Source: a bacterium
GTDB lineage: Bacteria > Zhuqueibacterota > Zhuqueibacteria > Residuimicrobiales > Krinioviventaceae
Reading direction: 5' to 3'
Assembly: GCA_963674595.2 (NCBI GenBank)
Contig: CAXXFV010000023.1
Span: forward strand, 96,001-160,000
DNA length: 64,000 nucleotides
The position numbers and the translations under genes are program-made. This document shows positions 21,650 through 31,673 of this stretch, piece by piece. The notes beneath the pieces were generated by a model. It was not told the origin of the DNA and did not search any database. It worked only from the letters and a program-made list of their open reading frames with translations. Position 1 is the stretch's first letter, and each line of letters begins with the position of its first letter.

Positions 21650-23605
21650 TTATTTGGTAGTGAAATTGATTTTTTGAATGTTTTTGGCAATCTCTATCCG
21701 GTTGATAATAGATTCTATAAATATCTCGTACAACCTGTCCTTTAATATAAAGTCTTCAACACCCAAATCAATATTGGGATTATCATTCACTTCAACAACA
21801 TAAACCTTGTCATCAACCATTTTTAAATCAACACCATACAGGCCATCTCCAATTAATAATGATGCTTTTTGGGCTGTCTGCAAAACGTCTCGTGGGACCT
21901 TGTCAATGCTTAATGTTTCCCAATCGCCGGATTTGTCTATTTCATCACTTTTCCAGTTATATATCTGCCAGTGATTTTTTGACATGTAATATTTACAGGC
22001 AAAAAGAGGATTATTATCCAGCATCCCGATTCTCCAGTCAAACTCGGAATAAAGAAATTCCTGACAAATAATCATATCAGACTTTTTGAATAAATGTTTA
22101 ATTGCCGAAACCGCTTCCTCAATATTTTCAGCTTTGGTAACCCCCAGGGAAAAGGCACTATCAGGTTGTTTTAGCACCAGGGGAAAGTTCATCTGTTCTA
22201 AAATTTTTTTATTAAACAGATTTTTTGTGAAAACGGTTGTTTTTGGCGTTAATATTTTATGTTTTTTAAAAATTTCATTCTGATATATTTTATTAGAACA
22301 TTTGAGAATGGACCAGGGATCATCAATAACAACAAGGCCTTCGGCATAGGCCATTTTTGAAATTTCATAGGTGTGGTCATTAACGCTGGTGGTTTCTCTT
22401 ATAAAAAGTGCATCGAATTCGTTTATTTTATCTCTGTCTGCTTTGGTGATAAACTCTGCATAGACACCTTTTTTATTGGCTGCATTTACAAATTTCTGCA
22501 AAGCGTCCGGACAGGATGGAGGAGTATCTTCCTGTGGATTTACAAGTATGGCCAGATCGTATTTAAAGTTTGTTAATTTGGAGATATTGAATCTCTTTTT
22601 ATTGAAATATTTTCTGGCAAACTCATACACGATATCAAAATCGTCTTTAGGTATTTTGTTTAATGTTAAAAAGGAAATATCTTTGATGAGCCATTTATCG
22701 TGCTTGACAAAATCAATTTTAAAAAGTGGCGCTTCGAAAAGTTGGTAAAGTTTTAATGATAAAGCCTTATAAGCTTTTGCATTTGTTTGTCCAAAATAGA
22801 TATTCAAAGAAAAAGAATTACCATTTTCTTTATTTAAGGATTTATTTATCAGTTCATCAATATCATAGGCCGCTGAATGAATGACTTTGAGAATTTTATA
22901 ATCTCTGATTGTAGATGTGCTTGGGATGACACGCTGTCCCCGGGCCGAGGCGAGTAATGAAACATAATAACCATAACTTTGATACCTGTATGAACTGCAC
23001 AGGTTAAATATTCTAAAATCTGAACTATTTTGGTATATAGGATTATTTATGTATTCTTTGACAGTGATTATTGTAGCATTGATTTCCGGCAAATTCCATT
23101 TATAAGGTTGATTAATAACAATGACGTTTCTTGTTTTTTTGGATATTGATATTGCATTGGTTTTATATTCCATTTTCAATGCATTATCACCATTGCTATA
23201 ATAATCCGACAAAATATTCTGTTCGGCAAATCCTCTAGTTTTATACCAATCAACAAGTTTTGTGTTATTGGCATTTACCTCGAGCATTACTTTTTCAATT
23301 TGGTTTCTGTTTGCCAGTTCAAAAACATGCTTAAGCAATACATCCCCAATACCCATATTTTGATGTGCCGGAAGGACGGCAATTGAATAAATTCGGATGG
23401 TTTTTTTATATTTAAATAAAACAACGGCACCAACACCTTCCTTATGTTGCCCGGTTTCGGCAATCAGAATTTCCTGAAATTTGCTATTGATACCATGTTT
23501 TATATTTTGTTTTGAATTTCTTTGAAAAGGGGGGAATGATTCATTTTCCAGTTTCAGCAAGAAATTCAGGTCATTAACCTCAGCTTTCCGAATACTAATA
23601 TTCAT
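21650..23605 (-). CDS. GNAT acetyltransferase + RLAN + RimK-type ATP-grasp fusion
   Basis: RimI-like N-terminus (YSIAV, HQNMGIG), NLCSSYRYQSYGYYVSLLASARG, PLVLKQPDSAFSLGV, YGVDLK, EVNDNPNID. Confidence 0.85.
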   Translation of the reverse strand: MNISIRKAEVNDLNFLLKLENESFPPFQRNSKQNIKHGINSKFQEILIAETGQHKEGVGAVVLFKYKKTIRIYSIAVLPAHQNMGIGDVLLKHVFELANRNQIEKVMLEVNANNTKLVDWYKTRGFAEQNILSDYYSNGDNALKMEYKTNAISISKKTRNVIVINQPYKWNLPEINATIITVKEYINNPIYQNSSDFRIFNLCSSYRYQSYGYYVSLLASARGQRVIPSTSTIRDYKILKVIHSAAYDIDELINKSLNKENGNSFSLNIYFGQTNAKAYKALSLKLYQLFEAPLFKIDFVKHDKWLIKDISFLTLNKIPKDDFDIVYEFARKYFNKKRFNISKLTNFKYDLAILVNPQEDTPPSCPDALQKFVNAANKKGVYAEFITKADRDKINEFDALFIRETTSVNDHTYEISKMAYAEGLVVIDDPWSILKCSNKIYQNEIFKKHKILTPKTTVFTKNLFNKKILEQMNFPLVLKQPDSAFSLGVTKAENIEEAVSAIKHLFKKSDMIICQEFLYSEFDWRIGMLDNNPLFACKYYMSKNHWQIYNWKSDEIDKSGDWETLSIDKVPRDVLQTAQKASLLIGDGLYGVDLKMVDDKVYVVEVNDNPNIDLGVEDFILKDRLYEIFIESIINRIEIAKNIQKINFTTK

Positions 23606-23748
23606 AATCTAAACTAGATTCTTTTTTTAACATCATGAACACCTAAAAGTTTAATGTAACAATAACCGGTTGTTTTGTTTACAAGTTAGTAAAGTTTTAA
23701 TATTAACACTATTACTTTTTAATATTTAGCAAATGAAATTGTTCAGTT

Positions 23749-24117
23749 TTATTTTTTAAACATAAAATAAACAGCCAGGATTAAAAATATAAAGGCAATG
23801 ATATGATTCGTACGGAGTGTTTCCGTTTTAAATACAAGGAGTGTGAAAAGTGAGAAAATAACCAGCGTTATTACTTCCTGGATAACTTTTAAATGCAACA
23901 GTGAAAAAGGTCCGCCGTTTGCCTTGAATCCTATTTTGTTTGCCGGGACCTGAAAAATATATTCAAATAACGCAATCCCCCAACTGATGAGAACGATTGA
24001 TACAAGCCCTAATTTACTGAACCATTTCCATTCGGCAAATTTTAAATGCCCATACCAGGCAACGGTCATAAATGAGTTGCTTAGGACCAATAGCCCAATT
24101 GTCAGGATTCCTTTCAT
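23749..24117 (-). CDS. DMT-family membrane protein (DUF486-like)
   Basis: SNSFMTVAWYGHLK, EYIFQVPANKIG, LKVIQEVITL. Confidence 0.85.
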   Translation of the reverse strand: MKGILTIGLLVLSNSFMTVAWYGHLKFAEWKWFSKLGLVSIVLISWGIALFEYIFQVPANKIGFKANGGPFSLLHLKVIQEVITLVIFSLFTLLVFKTETLRTNHIIAFIFLILAVYFMFKK

Positions 24118-24518
24118 TTTAATTTATCTTCCGTATGTTTGAAATAATACCTTTCTCAATTCATTTTAAAAACACGAAATATAAATAAATGAAAGTTTTA
24201 GAAAAAGAAAAAAATTTTCAATATGTCACGTTGTGCACAAAATCTTGTAATTTTAATATAAAAATCAGGCTTTCCTGGTAAAATTTAAAAGCCGGGATCG
24301 GTCTTTTTATTACCTCTTGTTAAACCAGCTTTTAGAGTCTTTTATTACAAGAATCTTTGTTTAGCTATGATGTTTGTAATTAATTAGAAATTAATAATGG
24401 AAAATATTTAATATAATTTATACCTGTTCTCATTTATGCCGACACAAGATGATGCATTGTGTGAAAAGATTTTGAAAAAAGTCTGTATTTGGTTGTATTT
24501 CAAGACCTTTAATATCAG

Positions 24519-25163
24519 TTAATTATTGATGTTTTGTAATAACGCCGCATAATAATCTCTATGAGCATCCTTAGATTTAGACCATAATTTACTGATTAAA
24601 AGATATTTTTTAGTTTGGTCTTTAATTACCGAACATGACACAATTAATTCTTTAAAATCGATCACTGTATCCAAAATAATTGTACTATAATGATTTCCAT
24701 TTTCAAAGCTTAATGTTCCAATATTCACCGTTGTATCGGATTTAATGATTTTATTTTCAAAGTTATAATTTAAATCTTCCTGAAGATAATTGTACCTGAT
24801 TTTTTCATCTTCAAGATCATTCCATTGAGGTGGTATTTCCGTAAAGAACACCTCAATATATGAGTTAAAGTATTTTGCAAAATCAGGATGATTTAGACTT
24901 GTTTTTGACAAACATAATATTTTTTTATTTTGATGTGAAATGACTGATGCATCAACATCATTAATATTTGGATTGGCAATAACAATACTTTGGCTGTTAT
25001 TATCAATATTAAAAATATACCAATTATCAACTTCCGGTAACTGGAAATAATAATTTTTAAATGATATTGTTCGGTTTTCATAATTATTAGGAAATTCCAA
25101 TATTTGAACGTGACTACAAGATACCATTAAAGTCATGATGATGATTGCTACAAGTTTTTTCAT
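24519..25163 (-). CDS. Hypothetical lipoprotein
   Basis: MKK...MVSC lipobox; AAGGAG RBS upstream. Confidence 0.6.
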   Translation of the reverse strand: MKKLVAIIIMTLMVSCSHVQILEFPNNYENRTISFKNYYFQLPEVDNWYIFNIDNNSQSIVIANPNINDVDASVISHQNKKILCLSKTSLNHPDFAKYFNSYIEVFFTEIPPQWNDLEDEKIRYNYLQEDLNYNFENKIIKSDTTVNIGTLSFENGNHYSTIILDTVIDFKELIVSCSVIKDQTKKYLLISKLWSKSKDAHRDYYAALLQNINN

Positions 25164-25287
25164 TTTTTCTCCTTATTTATTTCTTGTATAGAGTGGTCCC
25201 ATAATTTTATATAGATAGTAAAATTTCCTGGTTGTTGTGGTGGTTTTATTTCAAGGGCTAGAGCCTGGTCGTGATGGGTATGTCATT

Positions 25288-25307
25288 CACCGCTCTTAAG
25301 AGCGGTG
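25288..25307. repeat. Perfect 20-bp palindrome, REP-like
   Basis: CACCGCTCTTAAGAGCGGTG. Confidence 0.65.
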
Positions 25308-25421
25308 TTGATGTTTTTGAGTACTTGATTTAAAAATTTCAGTTTGTTTTGCTTGGTAATAAAGATGTTCAACTTTGGCTTTCAGCGCGTACTATATATT
25401 TTTAAACTTACAAATAGACAA

Positions 25422-26234
25422 TTATTTCCCATCTAATATATTTTGTAAATTTTGTATTATTTCGTTATTTATCAATTGGGTGTAATCATGCGTTATGATG
25501 TTGAATTGTTTAAATACCATAGGTTCATTTTCAGGAATGAATTTGTTATCATTATTACGGTCAATACCAATTTCTATAATTATTTTATCCGAATTTTCCA
25601 ACCGATAAGAGTGGAGTATAAATTCATCTTTTTTGTTAATTCTTTTCATTTCTTTAGAGTATATATCATATGAGTATAATGACAGTAAATCATTTTTATT
25701 TAAATAACCATCATTATTTGAATCATTTTCACATAAAACGAGAAACAGATATTTTTTGTTAGCAATAGAATAAACAATATAATCAATAATACTGACTCTA
25801 CGATCAAATACGGGATATGAAACCTCATCTTTGGAATTAAAGATCAATATATTGTTCATATTTTCATACCCTGAATAGTATCCGTACGAGGAGGAGGAAG
25901 GCGAATATTGTTGGTACGTATCGGGTATATCGATTACTTCCATTTTGAGTGCCTCAGAAATTAACTCAGGCTCTTTAAGGGATTTTTGATATACAGGAAT
26001 AATATATGTTTGTTTTGTAGAGTCAATGAGGTCGATTGTTCTAAAATTGATGAGTTGAGCCCGTTTATTTTCTTTTAAGAGTTTATCAATTTTTTTTTCG
26101 GATAAAACTTGGTTTTTTTGTACTCTTGAAGGAATTATCTCTTTTATGATTTCGTAAAGACCAATTGTCAAGATAATTATAGCTAGAGATAATGTAATTG
26201 ATAGTAGAATTGTGTTAAATTTTTTCAGATTCAT
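25422..26234 (-). CDS. Hypothetical membrane-anchored protein with DxNxDG-type motifs
   Basis: N-terminal TM helix, DSNNDGYLN and DRNNDNKF. Confidence 0.6.
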   Translation of the reverse strand: MNLKKFNTILLSITLSLAIIILTIGLYEIIKEIIPSRVQKNQVLSEKKIDKLLKENKRAQLINFRTIDLIDSTKQTYIIPVYQKSLKEPELISEALKMEVIDIPDTYQQYSPSSSSYGYYSGYENMNNILIFNSKDEVSYPVFDRRVSIIDYIVYSIANKKYLFLVLCENDSNNDGYLNKNDLLSLYSYDIYSKEMKRINKKDEFILHSYRLENSDKIIIEIGIDRNNDNKFIPENEPMVFKQFNIITHDYTQLINNEIIQNLQNILDGK

Positions 26235-26450
26235 TTTTAACTCTTTATTAAATAAATTGTATTATGTTGTGTTCGTGTGGCACAAGCCCCTCAATAAAGT
26301 TGAGGACAAATATTAAATCATTCTAAAAAATATTTATCGACCGGGAACGCTCCATCGTTCTTATAATCAGTTGCGCTGAAAACAGTGAAATGATTATTTA
26401 CAATCTCCGCCTCTTCCTCGTGTCAAAAATAAGATACAAAAATATATTTG

Positions 26451-26672
26451 TTACTTTGCAATTTTTAAAAAGAAATACAAGATAAATATTATTATATAAA
26501 AAAAACACCATAATCCGAAAATAATCATAATAATCCCTATAGATATAGCCCATTTCCCCTCAAATGGTTTCTTCCTGCTAAAGGGATTCGATAAATATTT
26601 TGTTTTAATCGCTATTATTCCGCTAAATGCACCCAGGCACATGCCTATCGAAAGTATTAAAACTCCAATCAT
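26451..26672 (-). CDS. Small hypothetical membrane protein
   Basis: Two hydrophobic segments; start uncertain. Confidence 0.35.
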   Translation of the reverse strand: MIGVLILSIGMCLGAFSGIIAIKTKYLSNPFSRKKPFEGKWAISIGIIMIIFGLWCFFYIIIFILYFFLKIAK

Positions 26673-26757
26673 TATTTTTCCAATAAAAAGTAGAAATTTT
26701 ATTCATTTCAAAAATTTGTGGTTATCCGAATTATAATTTACCAATACGTTAAGCGAG

Positions 26758-28182
26758 TTAGAATTTCCTTCTAAAATGTAAATAATTTTTCCCATCACTC
26801 GATATGGGAAATTTTTTAAGGTTTCTGGCAACATCACCGGCATCAAACATCAAATAAATACGATTATCAACATAAAATTTTATGTCTTTTTCAACATCCA
26901 GAATATGATTCTCTTCCTCTCCGTATTTTTGAACCATTACCGGAATATTTCCTGTATTTTTAACCGTAACCGTATCTTTAACATAGAATCCTTTTATAAA
27001 ATCTCTGACAATAAAGTAGGGATTACTTGTATTTATGTCTTGTTTTAAGAGATTTAATTCTTTGTCTTGGTCAAAAATACTCAGATCCATCAGCAAAGCA
27101 TTGACATTTATATCCGCCTCAAGGTTTATTGCTATATTCTCTCCAAGCTGGTTTGTTGTATTTCCATTCATTGTGAGTTTTGTTGAATTTTGTCCCATAT
27201 TCATAAGGTTTTGCCCTGTACTTCCTGTCCGGCTGGAGCCATGATAGGCCGTTAACTTTAGTATGGAATATTCATCCATATTGTTCAAATTAATCGTGGA
27301 TGTCGGCGGCAACAGGTTGATTGTTTCAGGGTACACTGAAAAGGCCGGATTTTCAACAGAAAGGGTGACGTCCTTTATATCATGATCACCTGTATTGATC
27401 AAAATAAAGAAAAAGTCAGTTGTTTTTCGAATATCGCCTAAATCAAAAGAAAGATTTTGCGTTTGTTTCGTTTCTGATGATGGTTTAAACAACGTATTGG
27501 TGATATTTTCAAGCCACGTTAGCTGAAAACTTCCTGCATTATGGCTTTCTGCGACATCCATGGATACGTTGATATTGGCATTCCCGCCGTTGGTCAATAG
27601 AGATATTATCCCTGAATATTGACCTGCTTGCATATTATTACGATTGACGGTTACCCTGATACGGCTGGAATCTGATAATGTGCTTCCTGCGGACGGTGAG
27701 ACATCAAACCAGTTTTTGTTAAAATTCAGAATCCAGTCAAGTTTTCCTGTACCGGCATTGGAGATTACAAATTCCAGTTCATTTTTCGTGGAATCAAAGT
27801 CTAAAGAAAGATGAGATATGGAAAGAATTGGGTTTTGTCCCACATTTAAAATAATCGCACTTTTGTCGGTGCTGTATGGGTCACTGACTTTGACATTACA
27901 TTGATACTCGCCGACTATTTCCGGGGCCTGCCAGAGGACGGTATCCCCATTGACACCCATTGGAAAAACACCCTGATCAGAACTCCATGTGTATGTCAGT
28001 TTGTCCTTGTCGGGATCGTTTGCAATAACAATTAATGTACATGTTTGTGCTGTTTCAATTTTGAGAGGTTTTGCAAGGATATAGTCTATTTCCGGTTTGT
28101 TATTTTCAGGTTCGGTGACATTTTCTTCACATTGATAAAAAACGAGTAAAAGCAAAACCAATACAAATTTTTTGTGTGCCAT
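26758..28182 (-). CDS. Lipoprotein with Ig-like/PKD and BACON-like domains
   Basis: VFYQC lipobox-like, ANDPDKDKLTYTWS, ISNAGTGKLDW...WFDVSPSAG. Confidence 0.7.
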   Translation of the reverse strand: MAHKKFVLVLLLLVFYQCEENVTEPENNKPEIDYILAKPLKIETAQTCTLIVIANDPDKDKLTYTWSSDQGVFPMGVNGDTVLWQAPEIVGEYQCNVKVSDPYSTDKSAIILNVGQNPILSISHLSLDFDSTKNELEFVISNAGTGKLDWILNFNKNWFDVSPSAGSTLSDSSRIRVTVNRNNMQAGQYSGIISLLTNGGNANINVSMDVAESHNAGSFQLTWLENITNTLFKPSSETKQTQNLSFDLGDIRKTTDFFFILINTGDHDIKDVTLSVENPAFSVYPETINLLPPTSTINLNNMDEYSILKLTAYHGSSRTGSTGQNLMNMGQNSTKLTMNGNTTNQLGENIAINLEADINVNALLMDLSIFDQDKELNLLKQDINTSNPYFIVRDFIKGFYVKDTVTVKNTGNIPVMVQKYGEEENHILDVEKDIKFYVDNRIYLMFDAGDVARNLKKFPISSDGKNYLHFRRKF

Positions 28183-28328
28183 GTTAGCCCCTTTTATTTA
28201 GTCTCATAGATTAACAAGTGACATGTCACCTTGGTCATATTCATTTAACACAGACCTTGTGGTCATGTCATGAGCGAAAAAGTCTTTAGCCAACGTATCA
28301 AGATTTACGAAAAGCTTGACAGGAATTT

Positions 28329-28493
28329 GATTATCGATTCGATACAATCTCTTCCTCGTGCCTAAAATAATACCCGTGTTTAAAAATGGAAAATCAGTGA
28401 GAAACGTTTCAGAATTACCCGTAAATGACCAACCGTTCTGAAAAAGTCACAGACTGATATTTAATGATACAAATTCCAGAGGAACCACGCAAG
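28329..28493 (-). repeat. Promoter + structured RNA module, copy D (most diverged)
   Basis: TTGCGT(28492-28487)-N17-TATCAT(28469-28464); stems ATCAGT/ACTGAT and TCAGAA/TTCTGA; downstream CACGAGGAAGAG as in copy B. Confidence 0.7.
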
Positions 28494-28563
28494 AGATTTT
28501 TATATGAAATTTTAATGGGATTTGTATAGGAAAATCCCCCTTTTGCTATAGGGACTAGTTTTT

Positions 28564-30456
28564 TTATTTAAAAGCCGGTTTTCTTTCCAGCCAGACTGCC
28601 ATTTCTCCGGCACCCCGATGTGACCATGCATAATAGGGAATGGCTGTTAATGTTCTCTTTTCACCGGATTTATCCAATACCTGTCCGGTAATAACATCAA
28701 TTCCGTTTAACATGTCTTTTTGATGTTTTACCTCAAATTCGGCATCATCCGGGATGACAAGATCAAAGACCGTGTTATTGTTATCCATCCATTCAGCACA
28801 ATAAACCAGGGGACCCCGGCCCAGGGCAACTTTGGTTCTATTTCCCGTTACCTTGTCGTGAGAGATAATCCGGCGTACCGGCATGGGCAGGTCCAGCTCG
28901 ATCATGTCTCCTGCTGCCCATTTTCGGTTTATAAGGGCATATCCATTTTCCATTTCAACATGGACCGGCTGGCCGTTCAATTGTATGGTATATTTTTCCG
29001 GGTTTTCATCCAAATAACGATACAGATCAGCGGGCATGGGTTTGTTTAAAGCCCATCCGGGAATACGAACCTTGAGCGAAAATTTTGTATCTGTTTCAGG
29101 ATTTATTTTTATTGTCACCTTGCCTTGCCACGGATAGTCTGTTATCTGTTCTATCGCAATATTGGTATTATTAATTTGGAGGGTTGTTTTACCGGCAATA
29201 AACAGATTGACATATAACACATCGTTTTGATGGGCATAGATATAGCCGGGTATTGAAGGCATAAAACGGCTTACATTTGTGGGACAGCATGAGCAGTCAA
29301 ACCAGGGCTGGCGGGTGAGTGCACCGATGTTAAACTTGAATTTTCCGTCTGATTCCAGACTGTTGGGATAAAAAAACGAATCACCGGACAGTGACACACC
29401 TGAAATCATCCCGTTGTAAAGAATACGTTCCAGGACATCCATATACCTGGCGTGACCGTGAAATAAAAACATTCGATGGGTCCAGTAAATATTGCCGATT
29501 GCTGCGCAGGTCTCATTATAGGCGGTCAGGTTGGATAATTCATAATTTTCACCAAATTTTTCTCCCTCATGCCGTGAACCGATGCCGCCTGTGATGTACA
29601 TTTTTTTTGAAACCATGTTTTCCCAAATTTTATCAACCGCCTTTATATAATCAGCGTTGTTCATTAGCACACCAATGTCGGTCATTGCCGCATACATATA
29701 AACCGCCCGGACAGCATGTCCGACAGCTTGTTCCTGCTCCGTAACCGGCTGATGGTCCTGGCTATAATCGCCATAAAGATTATGGTTTTCCGCGCGTCCC
29801 CGTTGATCAAGAAAAAATTTTGCCATGTCCAGATATTTTTGATGTTTCGTAATGTTGTATAATTTGACAAGACCGGTTTCAATAACCTGGTGCCCGGGTA
29901 CATCGTATTTTTTTCCGGGACCAAAAGTGTCCACAATTAAATCAGCGTTTTTTAGCGCCACATTCAAAAAGTTTGATTTGCCCGTAGCATGATAATGTGC
30001 CGCGGCAGCTTCATACATGTGCCCTGCATTATATAACTCGTGACTGAATCCCAGGTCGTGCCAGCGAGGTCCTGCTTGCAGCCAGGGCGCCGGTGATTTT
30101 TCAGGATGAAGGGTTTTCCATGTACAAAGATATCCGTCGTCTTCCTGTGCGGCGGCAATTTGTTCTATGATCTCGTCAAGATATTTTTTCAGGTCCGGGT
30201 CCGGGTGTGTTTGCAAAGAGTAAGCAGCTCCTTCGATTATTTTATAAACGTCCGAATCATCAAAGGGATTTTTCCCTTCATAGTCTCCGTTCAACAGGCT
30301 GCCTGCTTTTGCAAAATTTTTGATCCGGCCTTCATGCCGGCATTTTTTAAAACCAAAGGGAATTGTAACTGTTCTGTTAATTTCGATACGTTTGTTCCAA
30401 AACAGGTCTGTTAATTTTACATGTGTCATTGCTACAGGTGTAATTGGGTAGGTCAT
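28564..30456 (-). CDS. GH127 beta-L-arabinofuranosidase
   Basis: FDDSDVYK, HELYNAGH, AVGHAVRA, YNETCA, CSCCPTN. Confidence 0.92.
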   Translation of the reverse strand: MTYPITPVAMTHVKLTDLFWNKRIEINRTVTIPFGFKKCRHEGRIKNFAKAGSLLNGDYEGKNPFDDSDVYKIIEGAAYSLQTHPDPDLKKYLDEIIEQIAAAQEDDGYLCTWKTLHPEKSPAPWLQAGPRWHDLGFSHELYNAGHMYEAAAAHYHATGKSNFLNVALKNADLIVDTFGPGKKYDVPGHQVIETGLVKLYNITKHQKYLDMAKFFLDQRGRAENHNLYGDYSQDHQPVTEQEQAVGHAVRAVYMYAAMTDIGVLMNNADYIKAVDKIWENMVSKKMYITGGIGSRHEGEKFGENYELSNLTAYNETCAAIGNIYWTHRMFLFHGHARYMDVLERILYNGMISGVSLSGDSFFYPNSLESDGKFKFNIGALTRQPWFDCSCCPTNVSRFMPSIPGYIYAHQNDVLYVNLFIAGKTTLQINNTNIAIEQITDYPWQGKVTIKINPETDTKFSLKVRIPGWALNKPMPADLYRYLDENPEKYTIQLNGQPVHVEMENGYALINRKWAAGDMIELDLPMPVRRIISHDKVTGNRTKVALGRGPLVYCAEWMDNNNTVFDLVIPDDAEFEVKHQKDMLNGIDVITGQVLDKSGEKRTLTAIPYYAWSHRGAGEMAVWLERKPAFK

Positions 30457-30521
30457 TCTGTTTCCGTTTCGTTTTAAAAGAAGTTATATTATGGTGTTGT
30501 AACCTGGTTTGTTTGTGCCGA

Positions 30522-31583
30522 TTAATAATTCTTGAAAATAAACCCGGCAATTTCCGCCGCTCCTTGTAAAGAGTAACCGGCCCATTTTATTGGTTTTTGT
30601 GCTATATTTTTAAGAGACTGTTCCCACGCTCCGTTTTTAAAATCATCATATAAAAGTTTTTCACTAACACACTCTTTCTGCAAAACATCTTGCAGGACTT
30701 TTTCTTCGGCAAAGTCCTTTCGTGGAATATAAAGTATGGGTGTCTGGTTTATAATCGTTTCCGATACAATTCCGTAGCCGGGTTTGGAAATCACCATATC
30801 ACAGGCATTGAGAATGTCCTGAAAGGGAAGAAGGCCTTCCTGAAAAAATTGGATATTGCTACATTTTATTTTTCGGGAAGAACTGATAAAGGTATAGCCG
30901 GTAATGGATTCGATTTTTTCCCAGTTAACATCGGCCAGGTCCTGTTCACGAAGGGCCAGTAAAACGATTTTTTTGGTATGATTGTGTAATCCCAGTTTTT
31001 GCAGGACACTTGTTTTATCCATTGAAGCTTTGCGGCCTACCAGAGAAACATCCTTAATTTTTGGAAACACGCTCATGTCGCCGTAAAAAGGCAATCGAAG
31101 CAGAATGTCGGCTTTTTTATAAGATTGCTGAATGTCGTCAATGACAAATTTATATTGATGGTACTCTGAAATCCAGGCCTGGTATATCCAGTCCCATGAA
31201 AAATTACCGACGGCAATGGCTGGTATAGTTGTTTCCTTTGCCGCATCAAAGGCAAAGGGAATAATATCGCTGACGACGAGATTGATTTTATTTTCTTTAA
31301 GAAAATTTATCTCCCCGGTTAAAAGCTGGTCTTTGTTGCTTATCAGGTCAGCGTATTTTTCGAGTGTTTGTTGTTTGTCGATGCTAAAGCTGTCCTGCTG
31401 AATTGCCCCAAAATCCAGGTGGTTTTCATAATATCGGATTTTGTTCAAGTCGTTAAACAGCCATTGTGGTGCGCTTGTTCTGACAAATATATTAGTATTT
31501 TTCCCTAAAAGCGCTTTAATAATTTCAATTGAACGGACTGTGTGACCATACCCGTGTCCGGTTATATAATAGACAATATTCAT
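30522..31583 (-). CDS. GT-B fold glycosyltransferase-like protein (resembles L-arabinokinase N-terminal domain)
   Basis: YYITGHGYGH, NFSWDWIY, ISKPGYGIVSE. Confidence 0.75.
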   Translation of the reverse strand: MNIVYYITGHGYGHTVRSIEIIKALLGKNTNIFVRTSAPQWLFNDLNKIRYYENHLDFGAIQQDSFSIDKQQTLEKYADLISNKDQLLTGEINFLKENKINLVVSDIIPFAFDAAKETTIPAIAVGNFSWDWIYQAWISEYHQYKFVIDDIQQSYKKADILLRLPFYGDMSVFPKIKDVSLVGRKASMDKTSVLQKLGLHNHTKKIVLLALREQDLADVNWEKIESITGYTFISSSRKIKCSNIQFFQEGLLPFQDILNACDMVISKPGYGIVSETIINQTPILYIPRKDFAEEKVLQDVLQKECVSEKLLYDDFKNGAWEQSLKNIAQKPIKWAGYSLQGAAEIAGFIFKNY

Positions 31584-31635
31584 GCGTTTCCGTATCTCCG
31601 TAAGTAAAAAGAATTTGCACGAGTCATTTTAAGAT

Positions 31636-31668
31636 AAAAAAAAAGAGTTCTTGAAAGAACTCTTTTTT
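31636..31668. terminator. Intrinsic terminator-like hairpin
   Basis: A-run, GAGTTCTT stem with short loop, AAGAACTC, T-run; downstream of OPT. Confidence 0.7.
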
Positions 31669-31673
31669 AAATA

